From Gemmatimonadota bacterium (GTDB lineage Bacteria > Gemmatimonadota > Gemmatimonadetes > Gemmatimonadales > Gemmatimonadaceae): DNA of 26,840 nucleotides. The stretch covers positions 1 to 26,840 of the forward strand of contig JANMLN010000116.1 in the NCBI GenBank assembly GCA_031372565.1, read 5' to 3'. A program made the translations under genes and the position numbers. Shown here piece by piece: positions 20,953-26,840 of this stretch; within the stretch, counting starts at the first letter, position 1; every line of letters starts with the position of its first letter. Below the pieces are notes generated by a model. That model worked only from the letters and a program-made list of their open reading frames with translations, was not told the origin of the DNA and did no database searches.

Positions 20953-22150
20953 GCAACAGTGCCTCGATCCGGTCGAGCAGGTGATCCGCCACGGCATCCT
21001 TGCTGGCCAGCGGCAGCGCCTCGGGCTCTCCGTCGCGACCAATCAGGGTCACGCGGTTGGTCGTCGTGCCAAAGCCCGCGCCGTCCTCCGTCGCGTCGTT
21101 GGCCACCACCAAATCCAGCTCCTTGGCGAGGAGCTTCCCCTTGGCATGCTCGATGACGCGCTCCGTCTCGAGCGCAAACCCGACGACGACCGTGCCCGGT
21201 CGGCGTGCGTCGCGCGTCGTCTTGAGAATGTCGGCCGTGCGCGTGATCGCAATCGCGCCCGGCGTGCTCTCCTTCTTCAGCTTCTGCGTGGCAGGGGCCG
21301 CGGCCGTGAAGTCAGCCGGGGCCGCCGCCATGACCAGCACGTCGGCGTCGGCCAGTGCGGTGCGCACCGCACTCGCCATCTCGGCGGTGGTCTCCACTGC
21401 CACGGTCGACACACCAGCCGGAAGCGACACCTCGAGCGGGCCGTGCACGAGCGTCACACGTGCGCCGCGCCGTCGCGCAGCGGCAGCGATGGCCACCCCC
21501 ATCCGCCCGCTCGACCGATTGGATAAGAAGCGTACCGGGTCGACCGGCTCGCGCGTGGGACCTGCCGTGACCAACACGTGCCTCCCCGTCAGCGCACCAG
21601 CTGGCTCGAGCAGTCGCGCGGCTTCGGCGACGATGGCTTCGGGCTCCGGCATGCGACCGGCTCCCGCTCCTTCGGTGGGCGACGCCAGCGGGCCCACCGA
21701 CGGCTCGAGCACGTGATAGCCCAACGTGCGCAGATGCGCCGTATTCGCCTGCACCTGCGCATGCGCCCACATCTTGTCGTTCATGGCGGGCACGAGCAGT
21801 ACCGGGGCGCGCGTGGCGAGCAGCACGGCGGTGATCAGGTCATCGGATTGGCCGGTGGCGCTGCGCGCGAGCAGATCCGCGGTGGCGGGCGCGATCACGA
21901 TCAACTGCGCCTCGCGGGCCAGGGCGAGATGGTCGAGCGCACGGCCCTCGGCGATCAACTCGGTGTGTACCGATCGCCCCGTGATGGCCTCGAACGTGAT
22001 GGCGCCGACGAACTCCCGCGCGGAGCGCGAGAGCACGACGTCGACATGTGCGCCGGCCTGCGTGAGCAGCCGGGCGAGCCAGACCGACTTGTAGCTCGCG
22101 ATCCCCCCCGTGACGCCGAGGCAGATGCGCGCGCCGTCGAAGGGACGCAT
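20942..22150 (-). CDS. coaBC: Bifunctional phosphopantothenoylcysteine decarboxylase/synthetase
   Basis: LGVTGGIASYK, IAPATA, PAMN..MW, VTAGPTRE.DPVRFLSNRSSGRMG, AAAPADF, GFALET, VAND. Start at ATG 22150. Confidence 0.95.
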   Translation of the reverse strand: MRPFDGARICLGVTGGIASYKSVWLARLLTQAGAHVDVVLSRSAREFVGAITFEAITGRSVHTELIAEGRALDHLALAREAQLIVIAPATADLLARSATGQSDDLITAVLLATRAPVLLVPAMNDKMWAHAQVQANTAHLRTLGYHVLEPSVGPLASPTEGAGAGRMPEPEAIVAEAARLLEPAGALTGRHVLVTAGPTREPVDPVRFLSNRSSGRMGVAIAAAARRRGARVTLVHGPLEVSLPAGVSTVAVETTAEMASAVRTALADADVLVMAAAPADFTAAAPATQKLKKESTPGAIAITRTADILKTTRDARRPGTVVVGFALETERVIEHAKGKLLAKELDLVVANDATEDGAGFGTTTNRVTLIGRDGEPEALPLASKDAVADHLLDRIEALLRGR

Positions 22151-22172
22151 CGGTCCCGGCTCGCGGTACGAC

Positions 22173-22382
22173 TTACTCGGTCGGGCGCTTGCGCGGCACC
22201 ACGCGATACTCGACGCGGCCACCCGACAGCTCTTCGAGCGCGCGGGTCGTCAGCTTCTTTTCCTTTCCCGTCGACGTGCGCGGGAACTCGTTGACCATGC
22301 GCGCGAACTTGGCCGCGATCAGGACGCCGAGGTACTTGTTGGCGGAAAACTTCGTGAGCTCGTGGGGCGTGAAAACGCGCAT
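22173..22382 (-). CDS. rpoZ: RNA polymerase omega subunit
   Basis: 69 aa between gmk and coaBC (canonical synteny), with NKY..V.IAAK.AR and K.TT.ALEEL. Confidence 0.85.
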   Translation of the reverse strand: MRVFTPHELTKFSANKYLGVLIAAKFARMVNEFPRTSTGKEKKLTTRALEELSGGRVEYRVVPRKRPTE

Positions 22383-22387
22383 GATGC

Positions 22388-23032
22388 TTACCGGTTGGCG
22401 TAGCGACGGATTTCGGACTTGAGCTGCGAGACGAGCGCGCGGGTCGTGCGATTGACGCTGATCACGCGTGCGTGTCGGACCTCCTCGGCATCCACAATCG
22501 CCGAAACGCGGCGAACCGTGGCGTCGAGGTCGTCGTTCACGACTACATAATGATAACGAGGGACCTCCTGAAGTTCTTCGAGGGCGGCCTTGAGCCGGAC
22601 CAGGTGGGCCTCCCGACCCTCCGTGTCCCGGTCCACCAGCCGCTTGAGCAGGACCTCGCCAGAGGGGGGCAACAGGAAGATCAGGACCGACTCCGGGAAG
22701 GCCTCGTGGAACTGCCGGGCCCCTTGGACGTCGATGTCCATCATGACGTGCCGTCCCCCCTTGAGGATCCGGCGGACCTCGCTACGGAGCGTGCCGTACA
22801 GTCGCCCGTGCACCTCGGCCCACTCCGCGAATTGCTTCCGGCTCCGGCGCCGCTTGAACTCGGCCATCGACAGGAAGTGGTAGTCCCGCCCATGCACCTC
22901 GCCGGCGCGGGGGGCGCGCGTGGTGGCCGACACGGAGTACCCGATATCGGCCCGGGTGGCCAGCAGCCGCTTCATGACCGTCGTCTTGCCGCCTCCCGAC
23001 GGTGCCGACAGGATGATCGGAAACGGGTTCAC
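22388..23032 (-). CDS. gmk: Guanylate kinase
   Basis: SAPSGGGKTT, SATTRAPR.GE.HGRDYHF, EWAEVHG..YGT, DIDVQGA, VVNDDL. Confidence 0.96.
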   Translation of the reverse strand: MNPFPIILSAPSGGGKTTVMKRLLATRADIGYSVSATTRAPRAGEVHGRDYHFLSMAEFKRRRSRKQFAEWAEVHGRLYGTLRSEVRRILKGGRHVMMDIDVQGARQFHEAFPESVLIFLLPPSGEVLLKRLVDRDTEGREAHLVRLKAALEELQEVPRYHYVVVNDDLDATVRRVSAIVDAEEVRHARVISVNRTTRALVSQLKSEIRRYANR

Positions 23033-23919
23033 TCCAGGTTCTCCACCTGTTCGCGAATCCGCTCGAGCTCTTCCTTGATCGCCACGACGTCCGTGAGCAA
23101 CGGGGCGTCATTGGCCTTGGAGCCCGTGGTATTCGCTTCGCGCAGCAGTTCCTGCAGGAGAAAGCCGAGGTGCTTCCCCATCGGCTCGCCGTCGGTGGCG
23201 TCGAGCGCCGCGCCAAAGGCGGCCAGGTGCGAGCGGAACCGGTCGATCTCCTCGTGGATGTCGAGGCGATCGGCCAGAATCGCGATCTCCTGGGCCAGGC
23301 GCTGCGGATCGACGGCCACGCCGGCGGCCAACTCCTGCACGTTCGCGCGGAGCCGGTCGCGGTGCGCGATCATCCTTTCGGGGGCACGCAGCGCGATCCG
23401 CTCGACCGCCGCTGCAACCATCGCCAGCCGCTCGCGCAGCACCCCACCCAGTCGTGCCCCCTCGGCGGCGCGCGTGGCGTCGAGCGCGCTGACGGACGCG
23501 TTCACGATCGCCACGAGTTCGGCGGCCGTCCCGGTGTCCTCCTCGGGCGCGCTGGCCACGATCACGTCGGGCATCCGGAGCACCGTGGCGATGTCGATCT
23601 CTGCACTCAGCCCGTGGCGTGCCTGGAGTTCGCGCAGGCGGTGCACATAGGCCTCGAACCGCGCGTCATCGATCGCGATGGTGGGTACGGCGGCTGCGTC
23701 GACCGCAGCACCGATCACGCGGGCGCTCAGGCTCACGTGCCCGCGGGCGATACGCTGGCGGAGCGCCTCACGCACCTCGCCCTCCCAGCGCATGCACGCG
23801 CTGGGGAGCTTGATCGACGGGTTGAAAAACCGATGGTTCACCGTGCGCACTTCCACCGAAACTCGGTGCGCACCCACCGCCCCGTCTGCGGTGCCGAACC
23901 CGGTCATGGATCGAATCAT
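23029..23919 (-). CDS. yicC: YicC/YloC family endoribonuclease
   Basis: MIRSMTGFG, RTVNHR, DIHEEIDRFRSH, GKHLGFLLQE..REANT.GSK, REQVENLE. Confidence 0.93.
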   Translation of the reverse strand: MIRSMTGFGTADGAVGAHRVSVEVRTVNHRFFNPSIKLPSACMRWEGEVREALRQRIARGHVSLSARVIGAAVDAAAVPTIAIDDARFEAYVHRLRELQARHGLSAEIDIATVLRMPDVIVASAPEEDTGTAAELVAIVNASVSALDATRAAEGARLGGVLRERLAMVAAAVERIALRAPERMIAHRDRLRANVQELAAGVAVDPQRLAQEIAILADRLDIHEEIDRFRSHLAAFGAALDATDGEPMGKHLGFLLQELLREANTTGSKANDAPLLTDVVAIKEELERIREQVENLE

Positions 23920-23930
23920 GAGGAATCCGT

Positions 23931-23959
23931 AAGTTACGACGGGGCAACGCGTTGGTCAA
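23931..23959 (-). promoter_or_regulatory. Sigma70 promoter of the yicC-gmk cluster
   Basis: Minus strand TTGACC (23959-23954), 17 nt, TAACTT (23936-23931), ending 11 nt before the yicC ATG. Confidence 0.65.
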
Positions 23960-23983
23960 CGCTGCCACCTGCGATCGCCGGCG

Positions 23984-25849
23984 TCAGTTGCGGAACTCCC
24001 AGCGAACGCCGTAGACCGAGACCGACCGCGGCATCAGCGCACCCGGTATCTGGTCATTGATGTCGCCCACGAAGTTCTGAACCCGGTAGCTGATGGTGCC
24101 GCTCATGATCCGGATTTCGAGCTTTGCGCCGAGCGTGCGGCTGAACCGGCTCGTCAGCGTGCCCGTGCTCAGGGCGAACGACACAGGCTCGCGATACTCA
24201 TGCACGACGCCCATGAGCAGTCCGAAGGCACCGCTCGGGAAGCGCGTCAACCAGCGCGTCTGCAGGTAGAGCTCCGAGCGCGTCTGATACCGCGGCTTGT
24301 GCACGCCGGGCTCATCCCACGAGGTCGCCACGATGTCGGCGAAGATGTCACTGTAGAGACGGCCACGGATCGCCGCGAAGGTCCCGGTGGTGCCCGGAGC
24401 GAGGATCGACGTGAAGGTCGAGTCGAGCCGGCGAGGTGCGCGCAGGAAGGCCGAGTCGCGTCCGAGTACGCCGCCGCTCAGCCAGAGCTCCGACCGCAGT
24501 CGCAGCCCCACTTCGCCGCGCCAGGCGTAGCCGCGCACGCGTGCCCCGGTGTTGGCCGACGTGCCGGTGCCGCCATAGCTGCCCGCCACGGCGAGCCAGG
24601 AGCGCGGCAGCACGCGAACGCTCACATCACCTCGGGTCGTGGAGTCTTCGTTCGAGCGCTCACCGTACGCTTGCAATGAGAGCCATCCGCCCTCGTAGCT
24701 GGCCCGCAGCAACGGACTCGTGTACGCGCGCCCTTGGACGGAGTGCCACCGTACGCCGCCGCTCAGGCGGAGCGCCCCCCACGTGCTGCCCCCCTGCACG
24801 GCGTACATGGCGTTCCGCCGATCGAACACCCGGTTCGTGTCCGTCAATGTTCCACTGAGCGCGGCGCTCTGCGAGGCAAAGGCGATGGTGGCGGCCGAAG
24901 CCTGCATCCACCGCCCCACCTCCGGGTCGCCCCACGCGAGCCGCGCCTGCGTGAAGCTGGCCGATGCCGAGAGCGCGGGCAGCGTGGGCAACGGGATCGT
25001 CCGCGTCTGCGAGTTGCGAATGTTGTCCGCGAACTGGTGCGTCACATCCACGCTCCAGCCACCGCTCGCCCAGCCCAGGCGGAGCATGCCGGCGCGGCGA
25101 GACCCGTCGCCACCGGTGCGCGTATTCTGCAGACTCAGGTTTTCGCCGGCTGCCTGCAAACCCAGGCCCGGGCCGAAACGCTGGGCAAAGAAGCCGCGAA
25201 AGCTGTTCGCATCCTGATCGCCGGTGAAGACGTCGACGCGCGTGGACGGAATGGTCTTGTCGTAACGCCACGACCGGAGGTACACGCGCAGCTCTGTCGC
25301 GCCACGCTCGATCCGGCAGTGCTCGAAGGCCCAGAGTTGCAGCGCCGTCAGATCGAGCACGCCGCGGCCGTCGCGGTCGGGGGGCGCGTAGGGGAGTCCA
25401 TCGACAAAGACGCGCACACGCGCGAAGTCCCCCAGGTACGCGGACGATTGCTGGTCGACGAGCCACGCGGTGCGGAAGCCGGAGGCGCCGGGCACCCTGT
25501 CCAGCAGGTCGGCGAGGGTCTGCGCGCCACTCGTCATCAGGCCCTCGCGGTCCCATTCATATGGCGCGCCGATGTCGAGTGACCGTGGTGCAGCGGCGCG
25601 GGCAAAGGGCGCGCGCAGCGTGTCCCCCAGCCGGAACTTCTCGAGCGAGTCGCGCCGCTGGGCTGCGCGCGTCGCCGAGTCGGCGGCCGCCTTCGCCTTG
25701 GACGTGTCGGCGCGCGCGGGTGCGCCCACCTCGACCTTGAGCGTATCGCTCGAGGTCGGCGGCTTGGCGCCGCCCTGTTGCGCGGCGCTCAGGGTGAACG
25801 GCAAGACGGCCCCGGCCACCAGGCCGAGGCCGCCCCGCCATGCCATCAT
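23984..25849 (-). CDS. Putative outer-membrane beta-barrel protein with TonB-receptor plug-like N-terminal domain
   Basis: Signal peptide ending LSA|AQQ, plug-like TLADLLDRVPG..RVFVDG..EHCRIERG, alternating amphipathic strands, terminal YGVRWEFRN. Start at ATG 25849 or 25846. Confidence 0.7.
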   Translation of the reverse strand: MMAWRGGLGLVAGAVLPFTLSAAQQGGAKPPTSSDTLKVEVGAPARADTSKAKAAADSATRAAQRRDSLEKFRLGDTLRAPFARAAAPRSLDIGAPYEWDREGLMTSGAQTLADLLDRVPGASGFRTAWLVDQQSSAYLGDFARVRVFVDGLPYAPPDRDGRGVLDLTALQLWAFEHCRIERGATELRVYLRSWRYDKTIPSTRVDVFTGDQDANSFRGFFAQRFGPGLGLQAAGENLSLQNTRTGGDGSRRAGMLRLGWASGGWSVDVTHQFADNIRNSQTRTIPLPTLPALSASASFTQARLAWGDPEVGRWMQASAATIAFASQSAALSGTLTDTNRVFDRRNAMYAVQGGSTWGALRLSGGVRWHSVQGRAYTSPLLRASYEGGWLSLQAYGERSNEDSTTRGDVSVRVLPRSWLAVAGSYGGTGTSANTGARVRGYAWRGEVGLRLRSELWLSGGVLGRDSAFLRAPRRLDSTFTSILAPGTTGTFAAIRGRLYSDIFADIVATSWDEPGVHKPRYQTRSELYLQTRWLTRFPSGAFGLLMGVVHEYREPVSFALSTGTLTSRFSRTLGAKLEIRIMSGTISYRVQNFVGDINDQIPGALMPRSVSVYGVRWEFRN

Positions 25850-25860
25850 GCGAAAGTGGA

Positions 25861-26840
25861 TCAGCTGGCGCGTCCCCGTACGAAGTGCACGAACGTACCC
25901 ACCGGAATGCCGGTAGGTCCCTTGGGCAGCGCCACGAGATCGGACTCGGAGTACGCCGTACCGGCGATGTCGAGGTGGACCCACGGCGTGTCCGCCGGCA
26001 CGAACTCCCGGAGGAAGAGCGCGGCCGTGACGGAGCCGGCGGGTCGGCCGCCGGTGTTCTTGAGATCCGCGACGTCCGAGAGGATCTGGTCCTTGTAGTC
26101 GTCCCACAGCGGCAATGGCCAGGCCTGCTCGGCGCCGCGCTTTCCCGCCGCGATCACTTCATCGAGGACACGCTCGTCGTTGCCGAACGCGCCCGTCGCA
26201 TGGTGGCCGAGGGCGATCACGCACGCGCCGGTGAGTGTGGCCGCATCGACGATCACGGAGGGGTTGAACCGATGCGCGTACCCGAGCACGTCGGCCAGGA
26301 TCAGGCGTCCTTCGGCGTCCGTGTTGGTGATTTCGATCGACTTGCCGGTCATCGCCTTGACGACATCCCCGGGATTGATCGCCGTGCCGCTGGGCATGTT
26401 GGTGGTCGCGCCGATCAAGCCGACCACGTTCACCTTGAGCTTCATGCGCGCGATCGTTTCCATGGCGCCCAGCACGCCGGCCGCGCCGGACATGTCGAAC
26501 TTCATGAACTCCATGCCGGGGGCGGGCTTGATCGAGATACCGCCAGTGTCGAAGCAGACCCCCTTCCCGACCAGCGCGATCGGCGGCGCATTCTTCTTGC
26601 CCTTCAGGTACTCCACGACGACGAGCTTGGGGTCCTGCGGCGTTCCCGGCGCGACCGAGAGGAACGACCCGCAGCCGAGCTTCTCGAGCTCCTTGCGCCC
26701 GAGGACCGTGACCGCAAGGTCGTACCGTGAGCCGATCTCCTTGGCGGTATCGGCGAGATGCTGCGGCGTGCACAGGTTGCCCGGCATCATGGCCAGCGTG
26801 CGCGCGATCGTCTGGCCGTGACCCAGTGCTTCGCCGGCCG
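25861..26840 (-). CDS. pepA: Leucyl aminopeptidase M17 (5'-truncated by window)
   Basis: VGKGVCFDTGG, MKFDMSGAA, NTDAEGRL, ATLTGA, HLDIAGT. The frame stays open to the window end. Confidence 0.95.
   Translation of the reverse strand, partial: AGEALGHGQTIARTLAMMPGNLCTPQHLADTAKEIGSRYDLAVTVLGRKELEKLGCGSFLSVAPGTPQDPKLVVVEYLKGKKNAPPIALVGKGVCFDTGGISIKPAPGMEFMKFDMSGAAGVLGAMETIARMKLKVNVVGLIGATTNMPSGTAINPGDVVKAMTGKSIEITNTDAEGRLILADVLGYAHRFNPSVIVDAATLTGACVIALGHHATGAFGNDERVLDEVIAAGKRGAEQAWPLPLWDDYKDQILSDVADLKNTGGRPAGSVTAALFLREFVPADTPWVHLDIAGTAYSESDLVALPKGPTGIPVGTFVHFVRGRAS

Noticed and set aside
21655..21695. CoaBC substrate clamp reads LASPTEG, lacking the Cys of E. coli LACG
   Set aside because: Cys-less clamps are known in other CoaBC lineages such as mycobacteria, and the other motifs are intact.

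Overview
High-GC bacterial core-genome window. Gene order and protein style suggest Gemmatimonadota (inference, not verified). Almost all genes are on the minus strand. In transcription order they are: pepA (partial), a plug-domain outer-membrane protein, a ~13.5 kb tightly coupled cluster (yicC-gmk-rpoZ-coaBC-family-4 UDG-dnaB-radA-ispD-tsaC-LMW phosphatase-aroE-comF-gap-small membrane ORF-pgk-tpiA), secG-carA, an HU/IHF gene, moaD-moaE-moaA, and mdh-sdhC-sdhA-sdhB. The plus-strand genes are the 3' end of dcd, an uncharacterised SAM methyltransferase and one PEP-CTERM protein. Non-coding structure includes two copies of a palindromic REP/RPE-like element (832-935, 8287-8372), four sigma70 promoters with 17-nt spacers, a probable leaderless moaD start, and a candidate sigma54 promoter with tandem TGT-N12-ACA boxes and an IHF-like site before the PEP-CTERM gene. 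Residue-level oddities are a MoaA lacking one C-terminal Fe-S cysteine (TGC->AGC) and a UDG with His at an Fe-S Cys position. I saw no rRNA, tRNA, CRISPR, transposase or prophage genes, and I cannot support a claim of a large new system.
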